A stretch of 64,000 nt of DNA from Eledone cirrhosa (taxonomy: Eukaryota): NCBI GenBank assembly GCA_964016885.1, contig OZ024745.1, forward strand, positions 115,630,001 to 115,694,000, read 5' to 3'. This document shows, piece after piece, positions 40,936 through 54,637 of this stretch (positions within the stretch are counted from its first letter, which is position 1; each line of letters starts with the position of its first letter). Position numbers and translations under genes: made by a program. The notes under the pieces were generated by a model that searched no databases, was not told the origin of the DNA, and saw nothing but the letters and a program-made list of their open reading frames with translations.

Positions 40936-41680
40936 TGACTTTCAGAAGTATCTTTAATCAATATTTCACTTGTTTACATTTTATATGTCTTTACTATGTT
41001 TTTGTCGAGATTTTGTGGTGATTTTTAAATGATATTTTTCTTTTTATCTAATATTTCTCAAATGATATTCTTTTTCAAATGATATTCTTTTTAATGGTTT
41101 TAAATATTATTTTGAAATATATATTTTTTGTGATAATTTTGATAATGTTTATAAATATACTTATGATGTCTCTAATAATATTTTTTCTTACTTTAACACA
41201 TGCATCGAATTCTCATCTTTGAAAACATGTAATATAAAATACCTTATAATCATATACAAAATAATATATTAAATTTTTCTAATTATTTTCCGCACATATC
41301 CTAATTGTATATTTATTTAAAAGTAAATTCTAGAATTAAATGACAAATGTAACATAACTATTTTAACTAAGAAACATTGGAGTTATCTTTTCGTTTATAA
41401 TCTAAGACGCCTAAACATTCCTTCTACGTAACAACTAAACTTTACATAAATATTAAATTCTCTGTATTTTTTCGTTAACTTACTAAACTTTTTGATGAAT
41501 GTTTTCCTATCTTGATGGAACTTTCTGAATGTACAAAATAATCTCAAATAAAATTCATAACTACGCCCTTTTCTTAACTATATATTGAAAATGCAAACAG
41601 AATTCTTTGTAACAATTAACATATATAAAAATATTTAAATTATCTATCTAGTGAAAATAACATATATACTCACATATATA

Positions 41681-41828
41681 CTTTCCAGCACATTTACGTC
41701 TCTTTACGATCTGAGTTCAAATCCCGCCGAGGTTAACTTTGCCTTTCATCCTTACGAGGTCGATAAAATAAAGTACCAGTAATGTACTGGGTAATTGCTG
41801 GCCTTGTGCCAAAAGTAGAAACAATTAT
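41681..41828 (+). mobile_element. SINE family B, internally deleted form
   Basis: B-box GAGTTCAAATC, conserved centre, tail GTGCCAAAAGTAGAAACAATTATT. Confidence 0.8.
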
Positions 41829-42227
41829 TTTGTGGTTGAGAAACGATGTGTGGTTGGCCCCCAACTTGTAATTCTCTTTAATTTTATTTGCATGAATCCT
41901 GTCATTGAGATGTCTCAGTAGACAGATAAAAAGATCGTTATTGTAAATGGTGTTCCGTTTCATATCAATTTGAAAATTCAATTTAAATTGACAATTTCTA
42001 AAAGTGACCGAACGAAAATCTAATCTGAATTATTAACAAGATAGAGATTTAGTTACTGACATCATGTTTGCAGAATATTTCTCTGACATTTCATTGAGAC
42101 TCACTGGAAATATAGATAGGCTTTGTCTGGCTGCATAAAAATATCAATGTCAGAATGGGATACATGAAGGCCGATATGTATATATATAGTGACGAAAGAT
42201 AAGTCATGAACTCATAATCCTTTATTT

Positions 42228-42283
42228 ACTGCTATATATATTTCGATGATAGCCATTGAATGGTTATGACCTCATCAGGCAGT
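42228..42283 (-). ncRNA. Minimal type-I hammerhead ribozyme motif
   Basis: Reverse complement ACTGC-CTGATGA-GGTCATAACCATT(C)AATGGCTATCATC-GAAA-TATATA-TA-GCAGT; 5-bp stem I, palindromic stem III, AATAAA just downstream. Confidence 0.7.
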
Positions 42284-42595
42284 TAGTCAGTTCTTAGATA
42301 TGCCAGCTCTGTGTTTATGATGTTGATGGTTTTAGAACCTTGGGACATATGAGCTTGTTAGGGATAATTTAATGTAGTCAGTAGGAATAATCTTAATTCT
42401 CATTGGTCAGTTTGTAGATGTTAGTAGGGTTGGTATTTGACCTTAAAGAAGCAGGTGGTGTTGTAAAGTGGTCTTCAAACCGCCAGGCAAGATGAAAATA
42501 GTTCCATATGACTGATTTTCACAAAAAGCATTCTTGGTCAGATATATATTCAATTGAGGTTTATAATATGAAATTCGATACTACAGGTCATTCTT

Positions 42596-42846
42596 AAATT
42601 GAGGAATTTATGTGGGGTGGTACTACTGAAAATTATGGTTAGAGTCAAGTACTAGAAAGTTTACATATAAAAAGACTTATGTTGGTTGACTTGCACATAC
42701 ACTGCCCCCTCCCCCCCACACACACATCCACATATACAAATTGAGGAATTTATGTGGGGTGGTAATACTGAAAATTATGGTTAGAGTCAAATACTTAGAA
42801 AGTTCACAAATAAAAAGACTTATGTTGGTTGACTTGTACATACACT
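42596..42846. repeat. Tandem duplication, ~142-bp period
   Basis: AAATTGAGGAATTTATGTGGGGTGGTA...GACTTATGTTGGTTGACTTG occurs twice. Confidence 0.85.
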
Positions 42847-43379
42847 CACACATACTCCCACAGACACACACATACATCTACACACACAAATCCAAACAGG
42901 TGTGTATATATATGTATGTACACACAAGTGTATATATATACACAACAGAGGCCCCAAAATCCAAGTATATGGCAGACATAAAACGAGGTGGGTGTTATTT
43001 TTAAAGAAAAGTAAAGTAGGTGTTTGGAAAAGTCATTGTTTAGACTAGACAAAAATAGAGTGTGATATATATCTTCACAGCAATAGCTTGGGGGCTTTGG
43101 AGCTTAGGCGAATCCCTTAGTACAGACATATATAGGTACAAGCACCCACCCACACTTGTATACCTCCGGATGCGTATGTATGTCTATATACACATGTGCA
43201 CTCATATAAGAGAGCATATACAAATATACTCTTAAGCATACACTCGAACATTTTTCAAATGCAACCTGGGATATTATTATTTCATTGCGTTAACATAAGT
43301 GTGTACATTCACGTAATCCCAGTATACACACACAACGCACGGTTGCGGGCACGCATTCATGCGTATTCGGTTAGTACCT

Positions 43380-45077
43380 ATGGATAATAGTTCTTCTGTG
43401 TGGGCCACTCCCGGGGGGTGAGGTGGGGTGGGGTTCCTCAGGTTCAATAAACGTGGTTTTGCTGACTCCTGACCAGTAGAGGATCCGGTGGACAATCCAC
43501 CGTAGGGACCACAAACTATGGGTGGGTGTTGTTGCCCAATGGTCATTGGTACGGGGTGTAGGGGACCTACAGGGGTGAGGGCGTTGTGGGAGGCCATAAC
43601 CGGGGTTTATCCATATAGCTTGAGGAAAGTTCCCGTCCTTAGGTGTCTGTAGGCGCCGAATAAGTCGGCCCTTCTGTTTAATAGCTTGGTTCCGCCATGA
43701 AGTATCTTGAGTGTTTCACTAAGACAGAGGTTGCAAATACCAGACCCACCTCTGTCTGGGGGAACCACGGACCAGACCAGAGAATGCGGGATCTTTTCAA
43801 GTTTGAGCTTCCAGATCAATTCAGAAAGGGCTGTACATTTCCTTTTTTCTATTCTGTTAAATGAGTGGCGATGGTTATACCACCTATCTTTGAAGCTCGT
43901 CTCCATGGATCCTATGTAGAGGTGCTCCGAGTTAGGGGTTATGACCTTGCACCTGTAGACTAAGTTTTTCGTCATGCATTCATTACTAAGTGGGCATAGT
44001 GATGGGTCTCTGCAATTGCATGACTTCTTAAGCCCCTGCACATGTACCGCGTGGTTACCATCACGCGGGGTTGGCTGGGTAGCCGCCGCAATCAGCACAG
44101 GATCGTTGGGTTCCGCTGTGCTAGTTGGGCCTGTCCGGGGTCTGGTTCGTCCTGAGTGCTGGTTCTGTTGGGTGGCTCCGGGGTTTACGGTGGTATTAGA
44201 GGCATTGAGCCTATTCCTATTTATGCCGGCTATGTGCTGGGCTACGGAGTGTGTGGTTGAGTAGGAAAGTTTCACCGTGTGCCTGTTGAATATTTTATGG
44301 TACCTGTGGGCCCTAGGGAAACATTTATCCAGTACTCTAAAGAATGTTCTAGCCAGGCTGGTACGTAGACCCACCGAGTACGGGGGGTTTTACCATGTGA
44401 CCTTCCTGGTCCTATTCTTGCGGGGTTGTTGAATGTCCGCCGTGGTCCATCGCGGGGTTGTGCACAGCTCAGGTCGAGCTCGGTTGGTGTCACTCAGGTG
44501 TGCAGAGCGGTCACTATCGTGAGGGTTATATGGGCCCACAGTGGGGCTATAAGCCTGCACGGAGTGGCCTCCCTGCTCAACGAGGGTTCGGCAGGTGGTG
44601 GGGCCGGTGCAGGGGTGCCTATGCTCCGCACCATAGTGGTATTCAGCGTTGTAGGTATTAGACCGGTGGGGTATGCGGGACCTTCTACCGGGGGTGGTGA
44701 CGGATCGGGGTCTGGGAGTGTTACTACTTGTCACCTGAGGGTATTGGCCCGGGGCACCCTTGGGTCATCTCGATCATGCCGCTTAGGGTTATTGCTGATC
44801 CTATGGCTGTGGGACGCCTTAGCTAGTGCTGAGTATTAATAATCAGCATTACTATTGAAGATCTCTTTATTGGCAGACAAGTTAGAGATCCTGTCAGAGA
44901 CACTCTTAACTACGGCCTTAACTATAGATCTAGGGTGATTGGACCCAGCGTTGATATACACCAGCTTCTTATTGGGTTTATGATATGGGTGGTGTAGCTT
45001 AGGTGTTGAGGTTGAGGGTGGTGTCCAGGAAATTCACTACTTTTCTATTGGCTTCCATCTCTACTTTAAGTCCTACC
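43380..45077 (-). mobile_element. 5'-truncated Penelope-like retroelement (RT C-terminus + GIY-YIG), GC-rich subfamily
   Basis: VNFLDTTLNL...SNHPRSIV, RKVTW, FPRAHRYHKIFNRHTVKLSYS, CNCRDPSLCPLSNEC...LVY...LYIGSMETSFKDRWYNH, CNLCLSE; truncated end abuts (TA)n. Confidence 0.9.
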
Positions 45078-45090
45078 TATATATATATAT

Positions 45091-45161
<71 letters not shown>

Positions 45162-46079
45162 TTAATAAAATAATGAATAAACAAAGAAACAGTTCCTTAT
45201 ATTAAAAAAATTCATCATTTTACGATCGTTTCTAGGATATATATGTGTTAGAGTTGGTATGCATATTCTATAGATCTATGTACAATATTTATACAAACTA
45301 TCAGAGGGAATATACATACCTACACATATATATGCTGTCTTCAAAAATAATGATATTTGTTTATTGAAAAAAAAACAAATATTCAATACAATAGGTCTGT
45401 TTGGGAACAGGTTTTGAATTGACCAATAGAGAGATAGTGAGGGTCAAGATAGTAATATAGTAGTAGAAGAACCTTAAATTATGGGTAGAGGAAGGTAGAT
45501 TTCAGTTTTGGATGGAAAATAATATTATGAATGAAGGATTATTTTAGGGAAGAGATAGGTCTTATGCTGACCTCAGAAATAATTTTATTTGTTCATTGAA
45601 TAAAACCAACAAAGATCTAATATATTCTGTCTGTTTGGTAAGAGGTTTAGAATTAACCAATAGAAAGTTAATAATTGGCCAAATGGTAAAATAGTAGTAA
45701 TTGAAGCTTATTTTAGGGGTGAAAATAGGTCAGGTGGTCAGTAAAAGGTATACAAGCAGTTGCTGTTATAAAATAGTAATGCCAATACAAATATCTAAGG
45801 TGACTAAAGTTTTACGATAAGAATGTTAGTGAAAAAAATACATCTATGAAAAGAATATAAATTAATTTAATTGATTGGTATATTTAATTTGATAAAATTA
45901 CACTAATACATATAGATATGATAAATAAAAGTTAGATGCAGTTGAAAAGTGTTGTTAAAGATGAGGGGAAATTAAAAGAATATAAAAATAATATATATAT
46001 ATATACTTATATATATATATATATATACATATATATACACATACACACACACATATACACACATATATATATATATATA

Positions 46080-46113
<34 letters not shown>

Positions 46114-46327
46114 CATGCATATATACATACATACATATATACATACACACACACATACACACTTACATATACATATAATTATTGGGGGGGGGGGAAGTAA
46201 ATTTATTAGTGAGAAATAATAAATATATATAGTTTTCAAGGAACATAGAGTCATAACCTGAAGTTAAAGCATTATATATGTTTACTTAATGGTATCAGTT
46301 TTAGGAAATGATAGTTGTAAGAAGGAA

Positions 46328-46553
46328 AGCAAAATTATGTAGTTCATCAGTAGTAGAATATTAATTATAGGTTAACTAAATTAAAAATAGTTTATATATT
46401 AATTTCTAAAGTGTATATTAATTAGGTTTATAATATTTAAAGCAGAATTATGTAGTTCATCAGTAGTAGAATATTAATTATAGGTTAACTAAATTAAAAA
46501 TAGTTTATATATTAATTTCTAAAGTGTATATTAATTAGGTTTATAATATTTAA
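46328..46553. repeat. Near-perfect 113-bp tandem duplication
   Basis: AGCA(A/G)AATTATGTAGTTCATCAG...ATAATATTTAA at 46328 and 46441. Confidence 0.9.
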
Positions 46554-46554
46554 A

Positions 46555-47085
46555 GGTTTTTCTCAGTTTATGATTACACGATATTATTAATTCCTGTCGC
46601 TTATTTAATAGGATATCCTTAGATTTCATTATTTCAAAAAGTTCTTGGGAACATAATCTACATTCATATCTACTATTTTGATAAGGGGTGGCCCTTTTGA
46701 GCACACTCCAGGTCAGGTCATAATCTATATTCCTCTTTCTATAACTATTAATCTATATTCCTCTTTCTATAACTATTAATATTTATTATATTTTGTTTTA
46801 TGTTTTTGGTTGTTGAGTAGGAGAATTTAACCGTTGATCTATTTAAAATTTGATGGTATTTGTGGTTTGGCGGGAAGTTTTTCTCTAGGATATTAAAGAA
46901 TTTTTTAGGTATATTATCCTTAATTTGTAAATTAAATGGAGCATTATACCAAGTAACTCGTCTATTACGGTTTCGATGTTGTTTATTGTTTTTATAGGGT
47001 GCATCCTGATGTTTATTAAGAGAATTATTGTTAATGACCTCACCACACACATTTCTAGTTAGATTTATTGATTTAGGTGTTTTAG
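46555..47085 (-). mobile_element. Third Penelope-like fragment with internal deletion
   Basis: RRVTWYNAPFNL...FPPNHKYHQILNRSTVKFSYSTT joined via a ~27-bp duplication to the end of the GIY-YIG region (LTWSVLK...CRLCSQE). Confidence 0.8.
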
Positions 47086-47762
47086 CTTTATATATATATA
47101 TACTTCATATATATATATATACATACACTCTGTCTCTCACACACTTACACATATGCATATATATGTGCGTGTGTGAGTATGAGTGAGAAAGGGAAAACGA
47201 GAAAGAAATGGAGAGAGGAAAAAAAGAGTGAGAGAGAAAGAATGAAAAGCCATTATGTTAATTAGATATAAGTGTCTTCCTTTGGTTAATTATTTGAACT
47301 TAATTTTATTAAAATTTCTGCTTACATGGCTTTGGTATTTCGCTTTTAATGTATACATATTCTGAACTATTCAAAGGTAGATGTAAATTATATAAGTTCC
47401 CGATATTAAATTATCATTTCGTGTGATAGAATAATTACATTTATTGTTAATTGTTAAATCAATATTTACCAAGTTGGTGTAAATATTGCGATACCGTTTA
47501 GAAACATTTGAGCTATTTGAACATTTCATTCGTTTTAACAGTTTTTATTTTCCCATTTTGTAAAGTAGCATATGTGAACGTTAGAAATTAGTGGTAGACT
47601 AACAACATAGATTCCTGTATTGTCCACTATACTCAATATCCGTATTTGTGGTTGTACTCGCGAAACTGGATAGAGGTAAGTTCCAACAGCATAGTATTCA
47701 CATGGCACACGTCACTATAGGGCATTCTGCAGCGTTTTAAGAGTACGTTCAATGTTATAGAG

Positions 47763-48020
47763 CAGTCATGGGCAACCTGCGGCTCGCGAAGCTTTCTGAA
47801 TGGCTCGCCTAAGTCACCTAAGTGAAATCTTTCTGATTTTTTTATCCCAACTTTTCAGTCGTAATTTATCTTTCTATCATTTTTACAATCAACGAAAACG
47901 TGTATGAATTCTGAAGAAACAAATCAAAACAACCTGAGTTACCGCCCTTTTCTTTTAATGTGACCGCGAATGTAAATTAGCGCTTGCGGCCTCCTTCTCG
48001 AAAAAAGTTGCCCATGCCTG
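47763..48020. mobile_element. hAT (Charlie-like) MITE
   Basis: TIRs CAGTCATGGGCAAC / GTTGCCCATGCCTG; 8-bp TSD TTATAGAG / TTATAAAG. Confidence 0.8.
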
Positions 48021-49159
48021 TTATAAAGCAAGGGGCATGTGTATCTTGGTACAGCAGCCTTTAATCATCTTTACTGTTTCACGAGTGATTCAACAGTAGT
48101 TAGGAACACATATTTGTTTCTCTTGGCAGTTTTAATTTCTAGATTTCTGCAGTTTATGGTTTACTGTCTATGCCTGATCTTGTCTGGTTTTTATATAAAT
48201 ATGAGAGCTGATCACTAATCTAGTTACTTGATACACTCATACACCTATATGTAAACAATGCAATCGAGCTAAGAAGCTTTGGAAACTTTTGAAATTTGAA
48301 ATTTGTTCCTTCCAACTCAAATCACTATAAAAATAGTAGAATACTGTAAACAATAGCTGAGAAAATAAAGTGCTCCTGTCCTTATTTTACCATCTCCAGA
48401 GGTTCTTCACACAATTTTCGCATCTATTATTTATAATGATCGACTATTTTAATAGCCATTTGTGGTGGGACGCACGCATATATCTATATTGATTTTCTTA
48501 AGTTTACCATTACTAATCTGTGACGAACGTGTTCTCCCCCACCCCATTAATTTCAATATCTCACATTCTTTAACACGATATCTTGCTTTCTTCTTCTTGC
48601 CTTTATTTTCCTTCTTTTTCTTTTTTCTTTTTTCTTTTTTCTTTTTTCTTTTTTCCTCTATTTCACTCATGAGAGTTTCGTGCTACAAGAGGCACAATGC
48701 CTTTTCCTTGTCGTCACGTGAAATTCTATATTTATTTGTCATAGCTTAATTACTATAAGTTGCTGTTTTGTCTCTCTTATTCCACAGGACAGCGCGTTGG
48801 TTTGCATCAGAGACTGTGACCCTGGGTGGACCAGCAGTACCATTAGTAGGGGTCGCAACTGCCAAAGGCCATCTCAACAGCTGATGACCCTGGATTTCTG
48901 TGTGTTTCATTAGTATTTTTATCTTCAAAAAATAATTTTTTAAGATTTCCCCTTAAAAAAAAATTGATTTTCGTTTTGCCTTGTTTTCGTTCGTTGTCTT
49001 GTCTTCTCTTTGTTTATTTCTCTAAGTATATCATATATACATGATACTGCAATATGATGAGTAAACCAAGAATGAACTATACCGCATCGTCCTTCGCGCA
49101 GGATAATAAGGGACAGTTCAGACCTTAGGTAGAAGGGCCTGTTTGAAAATATATATTGC

Positions 49160-49702
49160 AGTCTCCATCTCATGCTGCAAAAACTAGCGATAGGCCTACT
49201 ACCTGTCCTGGGAGGCGTGGGATAGACACACAAAGTCTGCGTATCCTGAGACACCAACGAGATCCCTGAAGGGAGTAAACCTTAAGAGTTGGAATCTGGA
49301 ACATCACAACCATTACAGATAAGAAGCAGGAACTAGAGAAGGAGGCTAGATGCAACCGGCTGGATATAGTCGGAGTTTCCTCAACAAAGTTCCGCGTCTA
49401 TGATACTGTAGATTCGGATGAAGGATGAACACTCTACTATTCTGGGGCCAGAAATGGCTGCACAGGTGGTAATGGGGATATTCACAAGTCCCCGGCTGCC
49501 AGAATGTGTTATGGACTGCATAAGCTTCAAGAAGAAAATCCTCCTCCTAATAGGATGCAGTCCATAACACATTCTGACAGCCGGGGACTTGTGAGTATCC
49601 CCATTACCACATGTGCAGCCATTTCTGGCCCCAGAATAGTAGAGTTTTCATCCTTCATCCGAATCTACAGTATCATAGACGCGGAACTTTGTTGAGGAAA
49701 CT
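49160..49702 (+). mobile_element. LINE 5' fragment (APE endonuclease N-terminus) ending in a 148-bp fold-back
   Basis: LRVGIWNITTITDKKQELEKEARCNRLDIVGVSSTK; arms 49374-49521 / 49555-49702 with 4 mismatches. Confidence 0.8.
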
Positions 49703-49895
49703 AGGTTTATAAAGAAATAACTATTTGGATACTGGGTGTCACGTTAATCGATAATATCGCAACTTATGTAATTTGTAACTTTATACAAAGGGTCCTTTAC
49801 ATTCTGAGATAAAACCCATCACTTTTATCACTGTTGAGGGCTGAAAAAAGTACTGTAAATGAAATTTGTTGATAGAAAGTGAGAGGAAGCCCATC

Positions 49896-49940
<45 letters not shown>

Positions 49941-50219
49941 TACACACATTATATAACACTTGTGTAAGTAGGATCATTCTTCATAGTGTAGCTCCACTTT
50001 ATGATATCACATAGGTGTCTGTATGACACAGTGTTGGTATAATAAAGAATTAGAAGGCAATGTATTTGAATTTCACCATACTCTATTTATTACGTAATCA
50101 CAGTTATACATTTTACGATGGCATCTAATATACATCTAATATACATGGCACCTAATATAAATTAGATATGATCTCATCAGACAGATTTTTACTCGCATAA
50201 ACATTAGTCAAAAGCCTGA

Positions 50220-50705
50220 ATGCTTTGGTTTCACTCTGACGAGAAAAAAACGTTTATCCGGACCAAAAGATGGACCAAAGACATTACAGATAGTTAAGAC
50301 ACTAAAGACGTTCCAATGGTCATGCACACAATGTGACTGGCAACTGTCACATCCTTCCTCATGACTTAAAGATCAATGTTGTTGACTATAAGGAGGTGTT
50401 GGCGAAGGATGTGAGGCTTTGGATAGAGAGCGCGAGCAAAGGAAGCTCGTGTACCTACCAACAGGTCTCTCCGCCGTCTTATAAAGGCAAGGCGACTCAA
50501 GGATTGATGAGTTACAGACACTACGATCAAGTCACCCCAAACATATAGAATCTAACACTCCAGACCTGAGTCTGTTGGACTACTACGTATGGAGAGTATT
50601 CGAGTGGGAAGCCAGTCAACGCCCACATAACTCTATACATTCTCTGGATTCCACCATAACTAGCAATGTCCCAAATAGATGAAGATCAGCTGATTTGGTT
50701 ATGTT
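50220..50705 (+). mobile_element. Tc1/mariner (DD37D, maT-like) transposase fragment, copy 1
   Basis: LKINVVDYKEVL...TYQQVSPPSYK...PDLSLLDYYVW; paralogue of 51830-52320. Confidence 0.75.
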
Positions 50706-51829
50706 ACTTTTTATGTTATTTATAGGGATAACGACAAAGCTTATAGAAAATATTAAGATTTATCGAATTTGGAGGTCAAAATGTTTTACATTGAAGTTTA
50801 ACTCTTTGTCATATTCAATGTAGAGATTTTTATCTATCTTTAGGTCACCTCTTTCAGACTACTGCAAAATCAATAGCAACAAAAGAAAAAAATAACAAAT
50901 TCTTAACTTTTTCTTAGAATCAAAGCAGGTGTTTTGATAAATAATCTTTGTAACACTATTCCTCGTTAAAAGATGTGTTATTCTCTTTTCAACATTCATT
51001 TAGCTTATTTTGCAATCTCGTATATGATTTATTGCCGAAAATTTATTAAGAAAACCAAAATGTTAAAGTCATTAACACGTTAAAAAACGGCGTGGGTTGT
51101 CAACTCTGTCCATGGAAACTGTGTTTCCATTAGTGATTCTATTTCTGATTCTATTCACCCGTTAGAGCTGCGACTGGTCAGATAACACTTGTCCACTCAG
51201 TCGTCCTTGAACTGGCATTTATTTATCGAACTCCAAAGAATGAAAGACAATGTTAACTTTGACAAGTTTTGTACTTAGACCAAAGTGATGAAGAACAAAT
51301 ATTCAGGCATTTAATTCGCCGCCGACACATTAGGATACTAGCTAGTCATAATTTGTGTTTTAATCAGTAACAAGGTACACATCATCAATCTTTATGCAGA
51401 TGTTCGTGCACTGGTTATGTAGAAATCATTGCTTGTACTCATTAATCCCTCACACCCTCAATAAAAACACACACACAAAAGGTTGCTATCCTTGAGAACG
51501 ATTTTACGCCATTGTTAACCCATTGATGAGATTATGAAAAATGAGATACTAACATACGGAAGATGACTGCATATGACATTCTATGAAAATAATTAAAAAA
51601 CGACACGACACAATAAGAAGTCTAATTTGTCTAAACGAAACTCGTGATATTAATATATAATTTGGATCAGATACTTACTTTTAAGATGTAGGGGTGTAAA
51701 TAATATGTACAGGTCCTTTTAGTCTGATGGGATTGATTTGGATGATGATCAGATTCAAAATGTTGTAGGCTGACGTTTATAGGGAACGAAGTGCTCAGTG
51801 GAACGACCAGAACATGGAAATTCTGAGTT

Positions 51830-52320
51830 GAGGGAGAACAAACATTTATCAAGATCAAGGTATGAACTAAAGAAATGTCAGATGTTCCAACGGTCATGCA
51901 CACACAAAGTGTCCGGGCAACTGTCGTGAGCAAGGAGTGAGATGTCATGCTTCCTCACATCTTTCCTCATGACTTAAAGATCAATGTTGTTGACTATAAA
52001 GGGGTTTTGGCGAAGGATGTGTGGTCTTGGATAGAGAGCGCGAGCGAAGGAAGTTCGTGCACCTACCAACAGGACTCGGCGCCGTCTCATAAAGGCAAGA
52101 CGTCCCAAGAATTGCTGAGTAACAAACACTACGATCAAGTCACCCCAAACATATAGCATCTAACACTCCAGACTTGAATCTGCTGGACTATTACGCATGG
52201 AGAGTATTCGAGTGGGAAGCCAGTCAATGCCCACATAACTCTATACATTCTCTGGATTCCGCCATAACTAGCAATGTCCCAAATAAATGAAGATGAGCTG
52301 ATTTGGTCATGTTACTGTTT
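51830..52320 (+). mobile_element. Tc1/mariner (DD37D, maT-like) transposase fragment, copy 2
   Basis: TYQQDSAPSHK...PDLNLLDYYAW; 37 residues between the last two Asp after correcting one stop/frameshift. Confidence 0.8.
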
Positions 52321-52481
52321 TTAGACTACGCAGATATCTGAAAGGCAAGATCCAGTGTTGATGACAAAGATAGACGGGTACTTTTAGTGGATCTGAGTAC
52401 ATGCACTATGTAGATAATTTGTTGAGAAAAGTAGTGGTTCTTGTACCAATAGTTAATTAGTTAGAGAGATTTCTGATGACA

Positions 52482-52613
52482 TTCTTCTTCTTCTTCTTCT
52501 TCTTCTTCTTCTTCTTCTTCTTCTTCTTCTTCTTCTTCTTCTTCTTCTTCTTCTTCTTCTTCTTCTTCTTCTTCTTCTTCTTCTTCTTCTTCTTCTTCTT
52601 CTTCTTCTTCTTC
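52482..52613. repeat. (TTC)n microsatellite, ~44 units
   Basis: Uninterrupted trinucleotide run. Confidence 0.97.
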
Positions 52614-52905
52614 ACCACATACTAACATATATTATGAAGTTAAAAGTGTTCAGAATAAAAGTGATGTATTTTATATGGAGTAGTCTGAGAGGAAGGGGAG
52701 GCAGTGCTAGTGGTAGAGGAGTGTGATAGTATGGTGTGTCGGATACAAGGAAATGTGATGCAATCCTTCGTTACAGCGATATCACAACGAGAGAGATTGA
52801 GAGCAAGAGAGAGGGGTAGACTGATGAGAATGTTGGAAAGGAGATTAAATACAGAGCGATACAATGCCATCTCTTGTTTCTTGGGTGTCATGATATAGTG
52901 AATAC

Positions 52906-53533
52906 TTGTTTCTACTATAGGCACAAGGCCAGCAATTTGCAGGGGAGGAGAAAGTCGATTAAATCAAACCCAGTGTATTATTGGTGCTTTATTTTATCGA
53001 TCCCGTATGGATGAAAGGCAAAGCTAACCTCGGCGGGTTTTGAATACAGAACGTGAAGGCCCGTAACTCTATGCTACGAAGCATGGTGTCCGACGCTCTA
53101 CCGATACTGCCAATCCACTCCCCTGGTTTAGTGAATAATAAAGGAAAGGAGTAGAGATAGTAAATGATAGGAAATTGGGAGGGCGCAGAAAAGGTGGGTT
53201 GAAACAAATGCAGAATTAACAGGAACATAATAGAGACCCAATTGCAGATATATAATATATATTCCACTATTTTAACCTTTACTACGCCGAACCAACCTAT
53301 ACAAATGTCGTTCTTCAGCACAAATACGTACATTACACCACTATATAATATAATTGTTTCTACTTTAGGCACAAGGCCAGCAATTACCCAGTACATTACT
53401 GGTACTTTATTTTATCCACCCCGCAAGGATGAAAGGCAAAGTTAACCTCGGCGGGATTTGAACTCAGACTGTAAAGGGACGTAACTACGCTAGAAAGCAT
53501 GCCGTCCAACCCTCTACCGATACTGCCAATTCA
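52906..53533 (-). mobile_element. Two SINE family B copies (52906-53121 and 53353-53533)
   Basis: Both match the 31104-31322 copy from head to tail. Confidence 0.85.
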
Positions 53534-53916
53534 CTATAATAAATTACTATATGCTCTAACGTAAAACATTATATTTGGCATATCACTTTGCGCAGAACTT
53601 TTCTTTCTGCCAGCATTTTCACTACAGCCTATTGCCTGTATTGTCTTTATTGTTATAACATGTTATTCTAAGATTTAAGACACTTAGATATATAGCTATT
53701 ATTTAAAAAATGTGAATATTGCAGACGCAGCAAATCAGACAAAACATACAATTCTCCCTTGTTGGTTTATGTTTCACCATATCTCCAAAATAATAAATCA
53801 TGGTCGCCAATGCAACAAAAGAAATATACTAAATACAGTAGTTATCATTATATTAAAACCTACCCTTAATGGATATACTTATAGATATTTAGTTGATGGA
53901 TGAGGTGTATTGTTTA

Positions 53917-54637
53917 CTAGCTGAGGTACCCGGCTTCGCCCGGGAGATCAGAGAAAATGACTGTATTGGATGTGTTGTCTGGTATGAGGGGGGACCGTAA
54001 TGTGTGTGTGTGAAAGAGACATAAGAAAACCAATAATAAAACTTCCTTATTAGGCTGGAGGAGTAAACTGCCGATTAAATGGTAGCATTGGCCTTGAATT
54101 TTAAATGGTGTGAAATAACCATAGTCAGTATGATCTCTTTTTCAGCCCCAAAGGATGTCATCTGAAACACAACAATATACCGCATAACATTGCTTCTGAA
54201 GTGTTGCTTAGTTAGTACGAACTGTAAGTAGTATATGGATAAAAGCTGGAGGGTAGATTAATTTCAAATAGTATCAATTTTTCTGTGTTCTGTAAAATCA
54301 AAGATTAAAACGATTTTATAAAAGCTAATGTAATATTGTTAAACCTTCTATTCATCAAAGGATCTATAGTTTAAGCCGTTTCTAGACGCTATTCTCTCTC
54401 CCTCTGAATATCTAACACTTTAATTGTATCACTATCTTTGTATAACGGCCTATTTCTCTCTTTTTGCCTCTCTCTCTTTAGATGTGTGTGTATGTATTTG
54501 TGTGTGTCTTTGTGTGTGTGTGTGAGCGTGTATGTGTGCATGTATGTGTGTGTATGTATATGTCTCTGTGTGTGAGTAGTTTTCGTGTGATTCAACCAAC
54601 GGACCAACCAATAAACATCCTTTATATTATATATAGA
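53917..54637 (-). mobile_element. Non-autonomous Helitron-like element
   Basis: Minus strand starts A|TCTATATATAATATAAAG and ends with GC hairpin CCCGGGCGAAGCCGGG followed by CTAG|T; inserted between A and T, no TSD. Confidence 0.75.
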
